64,000 nt of DNA, taken from Nitrospirota bacterium (GTDB taxonomy: Bacteria > Nitrospirota > UBA9217). The position numbers were made by a program, and so were the translations under genes. The stretch spans positions 64,001 to 128,000 of the forward strand of contig CAVWHO010000021.1 in the NCBI GenBank assembly GCA_963754875.1, in the 5' to 3' direction. Below are positions 31,525-40,844 of this stretch, piece by piece (position 1 is the first letter of the stretch; each line of letters begins with the position of its first letter). The notes beneath the pieces are model-generated. The model saw only the letters and a program-made list of their open reading frames with translations. It made no database searches and was not told the DNA's origin.

Positions 31525-32908
31525 ATGTCAAATCCTCTCATTTCCAGGATCCTCGACAGGCTGGTCCCTGCAAGGCTTTTTTCGCGATTGACTATTGCAA
31601 AAAAAATGCTGTTGGGGTACATGACGCTCGTGGCGCTCACTGTCGTCGTCGTGGCGTATGCCCTCGTCAGCCTGCAGCGGATCAACACCCTGAACAGAAG
31701 CATTGTCAAAGTGGACGTCGTGGTGGAAGAAGCTTCTGACAAGATGCTCGATGCATTGCTTGCGCAGGACACTTATGAAAAACGGTTCCTGATACTCAAA
31801 AGCGCTGACATGAAAAACCTGTTCATGAAGCGGGGGAAAGAATTTCGAAGCTGGCTCGCGGTCCTCAAAAACCTCCCCGATCGCAACGGCCTCCCCATTG
31901 CAACCATCGACGCGCTGTACACGAAGTACACCGATCTCTTCACGAAAGAGACCAAGTTGGTCCGGAATCGGGCCGTCGAGCAGGCATACGCCATATCCAA
32001 TCGTGATCTCAAGACTGTTCTGGACAAGCTTTTGGACACTTTGAGGACACTGTCCGCAAACGCCAAAGACGCACAGGATAAAAAAATGAAAGGGATCAGC
32101 CTTGTAGGCGGATCGGCATTTATGACTACGGCTGCCCTCTGTCTTTTCAGCATTCTCGTGGGCGCCGTGGCCGGTCTGGTGGTGACCCATCACATTTCTT
32201 CATCCATCCATAAATTGAAAGAAGCAACGGAGCATATTGCCGAAGGCGATTTCGATTACGATCCCCGTATCACGTACTGAGGATGAGATCGGCAGCCTTT
32301 CCCAGGCATTTCTCGCCATGGGAAAACGGCTCCGCAAATTGGAAGAGATGTACCTTGATGCAAGTCCTCTCACACGACTGCCGGGGGGCATCGCCATCGA
32401 GAACGTACTGAAAAAAAGGCTGGATTCCGGCCAGCCGGTCGCCTTCTGCGTCCTCGACCTCGACAATTTCAAAGCATTCAATGACCGATACGGTTATGCA
32501 AACGGCAGCGAGGTCATCAAGGAAACTGCCAAGATCATCGAGAATGTGGTCAAGTCCAAAGGCACGTCCGAAGATTTTATCGGCCATGTAGGGGGCGACG
32601 ACTTCGTCGTCATCACCTCCCCCGATCATATGCGGGAGATTGCCGGTGAGATCATTAACCAGTTTGACCGGCGGATCCCCGAATATTACGATGTCGCTGA
32701 CCGACAGCGCGGTTACATCCTCGGGAAGACGAGACAGGGCATTGAAATGGAGTTCCCTATTATGACCATATCCATCGCCATTGTGACGAATGAGCATCGG
32801 CAGCTTGTTAACCCCCTTGAAGCATCGGAAATTGCCGCCGAGCTGAAGGATTATGCTAAGACCATCCCGAAAAGTGTTTTTGTCGTGGACAAGAGGAGGA
32901 GTGGGTGA
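31525..32908 (+). CDS. Membrane sensor HAMP-GGDEF nucleotide cyclase, frameshifted near 32272
   Basis: TM-periplasmic-TM-HAMP (IAEGDF...DEIGSL split across frames), DLDNFK, GGDDF. Confidence 0.88.
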
Positions 32909-33345
32909 AGAAGATTCTGGTGCTGATTGCAGTGATTGCGCTGGCGGGATGTGCTTCGTTCAAGGTCGCGTCCGCCCCTGACGAAGACTTTCAGGCTGCC
33001 GCTGCCGCGGTAAAAGAAAAGAGATATCAAGAGGCTGTCACGATGTTCAAAAATATTCTTGTTCAATCGCCCCAATCGGACGTGGCTGCGGACGCCCAGT
33101 TCCAGATCGCCTATGTGCAGACGTTGTATGACAACCCGCAGAAAGACTATGGGAAAGCCTTACAGAGTTTTGACGAGTTCATCGAGCGTTATCCGGGGCA
33201 CGCGAAGTTATCGGATGCGGAGAACTGGCGCTTCATTCTGAAGACAATGCTCGACCTGAAGAAAGAAAATGACCGTCTGAACAGAAGCATTGAACAGTTG
33301 AAAAAACTCGATATCAGGCATGAGGAAAAGAGGAGGGCGAGGTAA
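32905..33345 (+). CDS. TPR lipoprotein with C-terminal coiled coil
   Basis: Lipobox LAGC, BamD-like TPR helices; 4-bp overlap with GGDEF stop. Confidence 0.82.
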   Translation: MKKILVLIAVIALAGCASFKVASAPDEDFQAAAAAVKEKRYQEAVTMFKNILVQSPQSDVAADAQFQIAYVQTLYDNPQKDYGKALQSFDEFIERYPGHAKLSDAENWRFILKTMLDLKKENDRLNRSIEQLKKLDIRHEEKRRAR

Positions 33346-33398
33346 GTAAAGGACGAAAGTGGGCGCAGGGAACCAATACGAAAGGGCAGAGGCACTCA

Positions 33399-34253
33399 CT
33401 ACTTTCTTTGTACAATAAAATTACTCGTTGTCTTTATCTTTCCGCCAGCAATGATATAAAATGTCCCACCGTAGGGGTCCGTTGGGATGTCGTGAATTAT
33501 ACCCTTTTTGACCAATTCGTCCAAACTATGCGGAAAGCGTTTAAATCTGTTACGGTATAGTTCTGTCGCCCGTTCAAGATAAAACACTTTCCGTAACGCA
33601 TTGAGACGCAGACCATAAATATATCGTGTCGGTTCATCGTGAGTGTTTCTTAGTATATTATCGAGAAAATCAATGGCGCTTTCTGTTTCCCCTCCTGCCT
33701 GTGCTAATCGCGCCGCAAGAGACGGAACCAGGCCTCCCCCTCCCCCTGGCCGTTTGGCCGCTTCCATGAGGAACTGGGAAGCTTTTCGATTATCATGCTT
33801 AAAATAAAAGTAATTAAATCCCAAATAGTACGGTAGCGTCCAATCCCAGGCCCTTGCATTCACTCCCTTTTCCAGCAAAGCGTCAGCCTCATCGATTTTA
33901 TCTGCCTGCCATGCAAGAGCGGTGGATCCGAGATAATAGGGGTCATTGAAAAACGGGTCCATATCCGTTGAAGCATTTATCGTGCGGCCAAACCACTCCC
34001 ATTCCTTTTCCGTCAGCTTTTCCGTCCGAAGGATTTTCCCGCCGTAAAACATATAGGCTTTAAAAAAAATTAAATCAGAAAAAAGACCCTGGAAATCAAG
34101 CGCCACGATCTTCGCAACGACGGGAGACATGACCTCTTCCAATCCCGCTTCGTGACTGAGATCCTGTCTTTCCTGGGAAAGTTCCCCTATAACGACGGAA
34201 ATGCCAGCCAGAGCGATGAACGCGATGAATAGGGAAATAAGAAACGAACGCAT
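33399..34253 (-). CDS. Pilin-locus accessory membrane protein (PilG-like)
   Basis: N-terminal TM, DP.F..PY, helical repeats, C-terminal FP.SL.EL...IP.DPYGG; follows ABC genes in pilA locus. Confidence 0.7.
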   Translation of the reverse strand: MRSFLISLFIAFIALAGISVVIGELSQERQDLSHEAGLEEVMSPVVAKIVALDFQGLFSDLIFFKAYMFYGGKILRTEKLTEKEWEWFGRTINASTDMDPFFNDPYYLGSTALAWQADKIDEADALLEKGVNARAWDWTLPYYLGFNYFYFKHDNRKASQFLMEAAKRPGGGGGLVPSLAARLAQAGGETESAIDFLDNILRNTHDEPTRYIYGLRLNALRKVFYLERATELYRNRFKRFPHSLDELVKKGIIHDIPTDPYGGTFYIIAGGKIKTTSNFIVQRK

Positions 34254-35062
34254 CAGGGGAATTCCCTCCTCCTGAATATCAGGCTGCTTGCGGTAACAGC
34301 GATAGTCATATAGAAAACCGCGTAGAATAGTACCAAGAGCAAATAGCCGGAACTGACCGGGATGCCGTGCGCGGCCTGTGTCTTTAAATCAAATGCCGGG
34401 AGATTGGGGAACAGGTAGTACGTTATGTTCACTATCGTCTTAAGAATCGGGTTAACTTCCCCTACTTCCGCCGATGAGGCAATAAGCGCTTTCACCCCCT
34501 CGGCGGACTGGCCGATGACATAAACGACCAGCGATAGGACAAGGGTAATGAAGGAATTGGAGGTAAATGATGCAAAAAACGTTATGACAGAGGAGATGAT
34601 GGCTAGTTTAAGAAAAATATAAAACGCAGCAACAGCAAAAATCTGCCAGCTGAACCGGGTTTCCTGTGAGAAATAGAAATGTTTGCTCAAGACAACCGGC
34701 ACCGAGGAAAGAAGTCCGAGGAAAATCACAACCACGAGCAGCAGAAAAAATATCCCGAAAAATTTTCCGATAATATATTCAGCGCGCGATACAGGACGGG
34801 AGATGACCATATAGATAGTTCTTTTGTCAAGGTCCTTGCTATAGAGGTTCACGCCGACGAATAGGATAGTAAGAAGACCGGCCACGGTGAGGGTGGAAAG
34901 ACTCATATCGACCGCGACCTTGACCACATCTCTCATGAAGAGTGTTGTAATGACCGCTGTTGCGGCAAAAAGAAGGAGTGCAATGATAAATATGCCGAAG
35001 ATGACCCGGTTCTTGATCCCCTCCCTGAACGTGATAGCGGTAACAGGCCAGATGTTCTTCAT
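34253..35062 (-). CDS. ABC transporter permease (PilI-like)
   Basis: TFRE..., DLDKRTIY...SRPVSR..YI.GKF, multiple TMs. Confidence 0.85.
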   Translation of the reverse strand: MKNIWPVTAITFREGIKNRVIFGIFIIALLLFAATAVITTLFMRDVVKVAVDMSLSTLTVAGLLTILFVGVNLYSKDLDKRTIYMVISRPVSRAEYIIGKFFGIFFLLLVVVIFLGLLSSVPVVLSKHFYFSQETRFSWQIFAVAAFYIFLKLAIISSVITFFASFTSNSFITLVLSLVVYVIGQSAEGVKALIASSAEVGEVNPILKTIVNITYYLFPNLPAFDLKTQAAHGIPVSSGYLLLVLFYAVFYMTIAVTASSLIFRRREFP

Positions 35063-35799
35063 TGCCGGATTCCTCCTGCGCGTTCCACTTCCCGAATGAA
35101 CAGATTCTCAAGCGACATCGTGAGCGGCTCTGTGCGTATGTCTATCAGGCGGACCAGCACGCCATTGACCAGCATCCCGACCCTGTCACACACACGCTCG
35201 ATATCCTCGAGGATATGGGAACTGAAGAAGACCGTCTTCCCCTCGGTCTTCAGCTTCAGGATAAGATCGATCGTCTGCTTCCGGCCGATAGGGTCCAAAC
35301 CGGTCATCGGTTCGTCCAGGATAACGATTTTTGGATCATGAATAAGCGCAAGGGCAAGACCCGCCCGCTGTACCATCCCTTTTGAAAAATGACGAATCGC
35401 TCGCTTTCTGTCATTCCAGAGACCGACTGTGTTTAATACGGTTTCCGATCTTTCATGTATGCTTTCTCGGGTCATCGCCGACGTCTTCCCGGCAAAATTC
35501 AATAATTCCAAGGGCGTTAAATAATCATAGAAATACGGGTTTTCTGGAAGATACCCTACAGTCTTTCTGACTCGCGAATCGTTGACTGCAACGCCTAATA
35601 TCTTCGCGCTTCCTGAGGTTGGGAAAATAAGGTGTAGAAGGATCTTTATGGCCGTCGACTTCCCTGCTCCGTTAGGACCCAAAAAGCCGAAAACCTCACC
35701 CTCCTCTATCTCGAGAGAAAAATTTTTGAGGGCATCCTTTCTTTTCTTAAAACCGAGTTTGTACTGCTTTGAAACCTCATGAAATGAAATTATCCCCAT
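35059..35799 (-). CDS. ABC transporter ATP-binding protein (PilH-like)
   Basis: GPNGAGKST, FSKGM, LDEPMTGLD, SSH. Confidence 0.93.
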   Translation of the reverse strand: MGIISFHEVSKQYKLGFKKRKDALKNFSLEIEEGEVFGFLGPNGAGKSTAIKILLHLIFPTSGSAKILGVAVNDSRVRKTVGYLPENPYFYDYLTPLELLNFAGKTSAMTRESIHERSETVLNTVGLWNDRKRAIRHFSKGMVQRAGLALALIHDPKIVILDEPMTGLDPIGRKQTIDLILKLKTEGKTVFFSSHILEDIERVCDRVGMLVNGVLVRLIDIRTEPLTMSLENLFIREVERAGGIRQ

Positions 35800-35837
35800 A
35801 AATGCATCTCCCGGTACTCCCTCCATGTACCTTTTAC

Positions 35838-37136
35838 TTAATGTCTTGCAGCTGTGGACGCCTGTGTTACTGAACGTATTTTTTCAGATTGGTCCGCGCA
35901 TTCCTGTGATTTCGTGAACAGACCACGTTTTTTATAAAGAATGCTGAGCTCCTTATAGGCATCGGCATAGTCTTTCTTTATTTCGATTGCCCGCTCAAGC
36001 TCCCTCGTTGCCTGGTCCAAACGGCCCTGTACTGAATAGAGGATGCCCAGATTGTAATGAGCTTTGGCAAAATCCGGTTTTTGCTTTATCGACTGCAGGT
36101 ATTCATTCTTTGCCCGCTCCAATAATCCCAGTCGCGAGAACGCAAAGCCAAGGTTGTTATGAGCCTCCGGAAAATCAGGCCTGATCCGTATCGCACTCTT
36201 ATATGACCGGACGGCATCATCCGGTTTTTCAAGTTTCATGTACGTCAGCCCCAAACCGTTGTACGGCTCGGCATAATCGGATTTTAATCGCAGCGCCTCG
36301 CTGAACTCCTTCAGAGCGGAATCCAGACGGCCGGTGGCACTATATACGGTACCAAGACCGTTATGGGCTTGCCAGAAGTCGGGCTTCAGCCGTACTGCCT
36401 CCCGGAACTCCTTCAAAGCGAGTCCGGCGTTGCCTGTCTGAATATATGCTTCACCAAGATTGTAGCGCGCGTCAACGAAATCCGGTTTAAGGGCTACAGC
36501 GATTTTCAACTCCTCGATCATCCGTTCACGCATCTCTTTATGTTCGAAAATCGCCGCAATATTGTTATGCGCCTCTGCCATGGCGGGATCTATTCGAATC
36601 GCCGTGAGGCATTGGTCTTCGGCCTCTTGGTATCGCCTGCGTTTCTGGTTTAGAAGGCACAAATTATTGTATGCCATAGCATAGCGGGGGTCCTGTTTGA
36701 TTGCAAGAAATAATTCCTGTTCAGCCTTGTCAAACGACCCGGTTTGAATATACATGAAGCCGAGATTGGCATGTGCAGCGGGAAAAACAGGCCGAAGTTG
36801 GATAGCGGCACTAAATGAATCTATTGCCTCGGTCAATGACCCGGATTTCCCATATTCGGCGCCAAGATTATTGTACGCTTCGGCATCCGAGGGATTAATC
36901 GAAAGGGCAGACCTGAACTGTGCGACAGCCTCTTTTTTCATCCCCCATAGGGAATAAGCCCTGCCTAAATTGGTGAGTACACGTGATTTGTTCGGAGATT
37001 TTTGAGCAGTGTCAGACCATAACGAATATTCATTCTTCCACACTGCATTGCGAATGACACTCGAAAGTATAAGCGCCGCCAGTATGCAAATATAAATGAA
37101 AATTCTCTTAGTCATCCATGGATTATTCAATAGCAC
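35838..37136 (-). CDS. Membrane-anchored TPR protein
   Basis: One TM then RNAVWKNEYSLW..SPNKSR and about ten TPR units (A.NNLG). Confidence 0.88.
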   Translation of the reverse strand: MLLNNPWMTKRIFIYICILAALILSSVIRNAVWKNEYSLWSDTAQKSPNKSRVLTNLGRAYSLWGMKKEAVAQFRSALSINPSDAEAYNNLGAEYGKSGSLTEAIDSFSAAIQLRPVFPAAHANLGFMYIQTGSFDKAEQELFLAIKQDPRYAMAYNNLCLLNQKRRRYQEAEDQCLTAIRIDPAMAEAHNNIAAIFEHKEMRERMIEELKIAVALKPDFVDARYNLGEAYIQTGNAGLALKEFREAVRLKPDFWQAHNGLGTVYSATGRLDSALKEFSEALRLKSDYAEPYNGLGLTYMKLEKPDDAVRSYKSAIRIRPDFPEAHNNLGFAFSRLGLLERAKNEYLQSIKQKPDFAKAHYNLGILYSVQGRLDQATRELERAIEIKKDYADAYKELSILYKKRGLFTKSQECADQSEKIRSVTQASTAARH

Positions 37137-37167
37137 TCAAGATCACCCTGATCAGGATATTGTCAGA

Positions 37168-37202
37168 TAATAAAAAGCGCTGCAAGGAAGACCTTGCAGC
37201 GC
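37168..37202 (-). terminator. Rho-independent terminator downstream of pilA
   Basis: Perfect 11-bp stem GCGCTGCAAGG-TCTT-CCTTGCAGCGC followed by TTTTTATT on minus strand. Confidence 0.9.
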
Positions 37203-37226
37203 CGAAGAAGCTTGTTTTAAGTTTAC

Positions 37227-37823
37227 TTACATCTGGATCCAGGTCGGTGCAGAAAAATCCTGTATTCCCACTTGTACAGTAACACTATCAATGTCGCTGT
37301 TTTGACATTTACCGGCCACAGTACAGGGTTTTCTCCAGAGAGCCGTATAATCACTCTCAGCACCATACGCCGTGTCACCTGCGAGATTTGCCGTTGTCAA
37401 AGAAGTCGCAGAGTTCGGAGTTGTGCTGCCGGTATGGGTGCCGGTTATGCCACCTATATCTGTAGCTGCGACAGCCCCAACTTTCGGGGACAGGGACACA
37501 GTGGTGGAAACTGTCGTCGTGATGGCGCCAACAAGTACTAAGACGCCGGCGCCGCTGCCGGCGGTGTCGGTTCCATTAATGACACCTTCACTCGTTCCAG
37601 ATCCATAGTCCTGGAAGTCTGAAAACATTGCCTCTTCCGTGGTCCTCATGTTTCTCAAATCTGAGTCAGCTGCGGCGTTATAACCCCTCCTGCGGTAAGA
37701 AGCAAACTGCGGAATAGCGATGGCGGCGAGAATCGCGATAATGGCCACCACGATCAGGAGCTCAATAAGGGTGAAACCTTTGTTACCACTTTTGCTGCAA
37801 AACATATGTACTTTTTTCAACAT
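37227..37823 (-). CDS. pilA: Type IVa major pilin
   Basis: KG/FTLIELLIVVAII prepilin site with E5; C-terminal Cys pair; own promoter and terminator. Confidence 0.92.
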   Translation of the reverse strand: MLKKVHMFCSKSGNKGFTLIELLIVVAIIAILAAIAIPQFASYRRRGYNAAADSDLRNMRTTEEAMFSDFQDYGSGTSEGVINGTDTAGSGAGVLVLVGAITTTVSTTVSLSPKVGAVAATDIGGITGTHTGSTTPNSATSLTTANLAGDTAYGAESDYTALWRKPCTVAGKCQNSDIDSVTVQVGIQDFSAPTWIQM

Positions 37824-37957
37824 GATTTTCCTCCCATAAAATTGTTTTGAAGTTCTTGAATGTTTATCGTTTACTTTTGTCCTTTTTATCTTAAGGCCGC
37901 TATGGGATATTTCACCTCCTTTCAAAGTGCCTCAAGTGTTTTCTTTTGCCTTTATGT

Positions 37958-37973
37958 TGCAGTATACATGCCA
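37958..37973 (-). promoter_or_regulatory. Sigma54 (-24/-12) promoter of pilA
   Basis: TGGCATGTATACTGCA, exact GG-N10-GC. Confidence 0.85.
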
Positions 37974-38025
37974 TATTAATATATAGTTTTTTCAATATGT
38001 TAAATTGGTATTTACATCATAAAGA

Positions 38026-38061
38026 GACCCTAAATGTCACAGCTGGTGACAAAATATGTCA
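38026..38061. promoter_or_regulatory. Tandem candidate enhancer-binding protein (PilR-like) sites
   Basis: GACCCTAAATGTCA and GACAAAATATGTCA 22 bp apart; IHF-like TTTCAATATGTTA at 37990-38002. Confidence 0.6.
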
Positions 38062-38073
38062 GCTATTGCGGTC

Positions 38074-38102
38074 TTGACAATGGCGTACTCGGATGGTAGC
38101 AT
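38074..38102 (+). promoter_or_regulatory. Sigma70-type promoter for amidohydrolase
   Basis: TTGACA-N17-TAGCAT with TGn extension. Confidence 0.6.
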
Positions 38103-38117
38103 CAGGCACTTCTTCTC

Positions 38118-39338
38118 ATGATCATAACCTGCAAAAAACTGGTCTTTACTAAGCTAAACGCTCAGATGATCGATAAGGGCGCAGTGGTAGTTGAAAAGGG
38201 GGCCATCCTCTCTGTCGGTACTTCGGAACGAATAATAAATAAGTACCCCGGACATCGTGTATATCGATTGGATAACGCGGTCCTTATGCCGGGGCTCGTC
38301 AATCTTCACACCCATCTCGAACTACCTCCCCTCCTCGATGCTATTAGAGCGAAGACGTTTCCTGACTGGGTTCTGAATCTCATTCGCAGGAAAAAGAACT
38401 TAAAAGACGAGGATTACTTATCTGCGGTACATGATAATATCGACACGCTTATCCGCACCGGCACAACCACGGTCGGCGAGATCTGCACGCACGGTGTAAG
38501 TCCTGTTTTGCTCAGACAACGAGGTCTCAGAGCCATTGAGTTCCGAGAAATCATCTTCATGTCCGGTCGCGATACCAATCCCCTTCCCGCCTTTGCCAAA
38601 AGGGGGGCAGGGGTATTGGTGCAATCCGGACTTTCTCCTCATACACCGTATACCGTCTCTGAAGCCGCATTGCGCCGTATTGCGGTAATGAGCCAAAAGA
38701 AGAACATTCACCTCGCAATGCATGTTGCGGAATCAAAGGACGAGATCAGGCTGTTGCAGAGGAAGAAAAGCGGGCTTGAAAAATTGTATCGATTCGCAAA
38801 CTGGGACAGTGACTGGGCACCATCCGGGTCTTCGTCCTTCGATTACCTGAACAGAATCGGTTTTCTCTCCCCTCACCTGCTGGCAGTCCATGCCGTCCAG
38901 GTGACGGACAAAGATATTATGTTGATCAAAAAATCAAAAACATCCGTCGCACACTGCCCGCGCAGCAACAAGGAGCTCGGTGTCGGAAGAATGCCATTGA
39001 AAAAATTTTTGGACGCTGGCATCCCTATTGGTCTCGGGACCGACAGTCTGGCAAGCTCGCCCAGTTTAAACATGTGGGATGAGATGCGATATGCGTACAA
39101 GATACACCGTAGCGATGGCATCGTGCCCCTTGATATTTTCAAGATGGCAACCATTGGCGGGGCGAAAGCACTCGGCATGGACAAAGAGATAGGATCACTT
39201 GCAGCAGGGAAAGGGGCGGACATTATTGCAGTGCCGCTGCCGAAAAAAAATACCGGAAATCTTTATTACGACTTGCTCAGAGAGACGGAATCCTGTATTA
39301 TGACCATGGTCAACGGGAAAATTATTTACGCGGTCTAA
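38118..39338 (+). CDS. Metal-dependent amidohydrolase, probable aminodeoxyfutalosine deaminase
   Basis: HTHLE, SPHTPY, HVAES, HCPRSN, GTDSLAS; adjacent to mqnE/mqnC. Confidence 0.8.
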   Translation: MIITCKKLVFTKLNAQMIDKGAVVVEKGAILSVGTSERIINKYPGHRVYRLDNAVLMPGLVNLHTHLELPPLLDAIRAKTFPDWVLNLIRRKKNLKDEDYLSAVHDNIDTLIRTGTTTVGEICTHGVSPVLLRQRGLRAIEFREIIFMSGRDTNPLPAFAKRGAGVLVQSGLSPHTPYTVSEAALRRIAVMSQKKNIHLAMHVAESKDEIRLLQRKKSGLEKLYRFANWDSDWAPSGSSSFDYLNRIGFLSPHLLAVHAVQVTDKDIMLIKKSKTSVAHCPRSNKELGVGRMPLKKFLDAGIPIGLGTDSLASSPSLNMWDEMRYAYKIHRSDGIVPLDIFKMATIGGAKALGMDKEIGSLAAGKGADIIAVPLPKKNTGNLYYDLLRETESCIMTMVNGKIIYAV

Positions 39339-39360
39339 TCTTCTGCGCAAGGAGTACCTA

Positions 39361-39663
39361 ATGAAGCTACTGCACGCCGGATTCGGCATGTTGTTCCTGT
39401 CATTTCTCATCGTTGCATCTTGTAAAGACAACAACCCCGCACAACAATATGGCAACACATTGACACAGTCTTACAAAAACGCCCAGAACCTTGACAATAC
39501 GGTGAATCTTCAGGAGGTCCGGAAATCGATCCAGGAATTTTATGCCGCAAACGGCAGGTATCCTGCGGACCTCAATGAAGTAAGGGCATTTAACGGTATT
39601 ACACTCAAGAACGACCATTACAAGTATGACCCGGAGACCGGGGCGATAACAGAAAAACAGTAA
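39361..39663 (+). CDS. Small lipoprotein with pseudopilin-like segment
   Basis: AAGGAG SD, lipobox VASC, IQEFYAANGRYPADL. Confidence 0.75.
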   Translation: MKLLHAGFGMLFLSFLIVASCKDNNPAQQYGNTLTQSYKNAQNLDNTVNLQEVRKSIQEFYAANGRYPADLNEVRAFNGITLKNDHYKYDPETGAITEKQ

Positions 39664-39709
39664 ATGTTACTATCCACTCAAGATAAGGGAATCAATATTA
39701 AATAATAAG

Positions 39710-40783
39710 ATGTCGATAGAACATATCAAAGAAAAAATTTTTTCCAGCAAACGTCTAACTCGTAAGGACGGACTCACCCTCTTTAAATCCAACGACCTCC
39801 TTGCTCTCGGCCGTATGGCCACGCATGTTGCGCAAAAAAAGAACGGGAACCGCGTGCATTTCGTTCGGAACATGCACATCAATCCTACGAATATCTGCGT
39901 CAACCGCTGCAAGTTCTGTGCGTTCAGCAGAAGCAAAGGCGAGCCGGGCGCATACGAGATGAGCATCGAGGACATTCTGAATAAAGCGCGCGGTGCTGAA
40001 AAAGGCGTGCGCGAGCTGCATATCGTCTCGGGCCTCCATCCCGACCTGCCGTTCGAGTGGTATCTTGATATGCTCGGGCGCTTAAGAAGGAATTCCCGAA
40101 AATACATCTGAAAGCGTTTACTGCCGTTGAGATCGATTATCTTACAAAGCTGTCGGGGCTGCAGTCTAACCGATACTCTTATCAAACTGAAAGAAGCGGG
40201 CCTCGGCTCTCTCCCCGGTGGCGGAGCAGAAATTTTTGACACTGCCGTCCGAAACACGCTGTGCGCCGAGAAGATCAGCGGCGATCGCTGGCTTGAGGTT
40301 ATCAGAACAGCACACAAGATCGGGCTCAAATCGAATGCAACAATGCTATACGGCCACATTGAGACTTATGAACATAGAATTGACCACCTGCTGAAACTCC
40401 GCGAGCTACAGGACAGAACCAGCGGTTTCCAGGCGTTTATTCCCTTGAGTTTCCATTCCCAAAACACAGAAATAAAAAAATCAGCTTACACGACGGGGTT
40501 CGACGATCTCAAGACGCTCGCGATCTCGCGGCTCATGCTCGATAACTTCGACCATATCAAGGCCTACTGGGTCATGCTCGGAGAGAAGATCGCCCAGGTC
40601 TCATTGAACTTCGGCGTTGATGATCTGGATGGGACCGTGGTTGAGGAACGCATCACCAAGGCTGCCGGCGGGACCACTGACGGCAGTTTGACCAAAGACG
40701 ATATTGTATATCTCATCAAACAGGCAGGACGTTCGCCGGTAGAGCGTGATACTGTTTATAATGTCGTGAAAGTCTGGAAGTAA
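39710..40783 (+). CDS. mqnE: Aminofutalosine synthase, two compensating frameshifts (~40077, ~40161)
   Basis: CVNRCKFC; LKKEFPKIHLKAFTAVEI read in shifted frame; PGGGAEIF, HIKAYWVM, GTVVEERI. Confidence 0.9.
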
Positions 40784-40844
40784 TTTTGGACCGAGCCGAC
40801 CGCGTCGGCGTAAGACGGCAACACGGTTGCCTTGATCCATAATC

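Noticed and set aside
37995..38005. ATATGTTAAAT resembling the XerD arm of dif
   Set aside because: No XerC arm; better explained as an IHF-like site in the pilA promoter
40109..40111. In-frame TGA within mqnE as possible selenocysteine or readthrough
   Set aside because: It lies between two compensating indels; conserved HLKAFTAVEI is in the other frame
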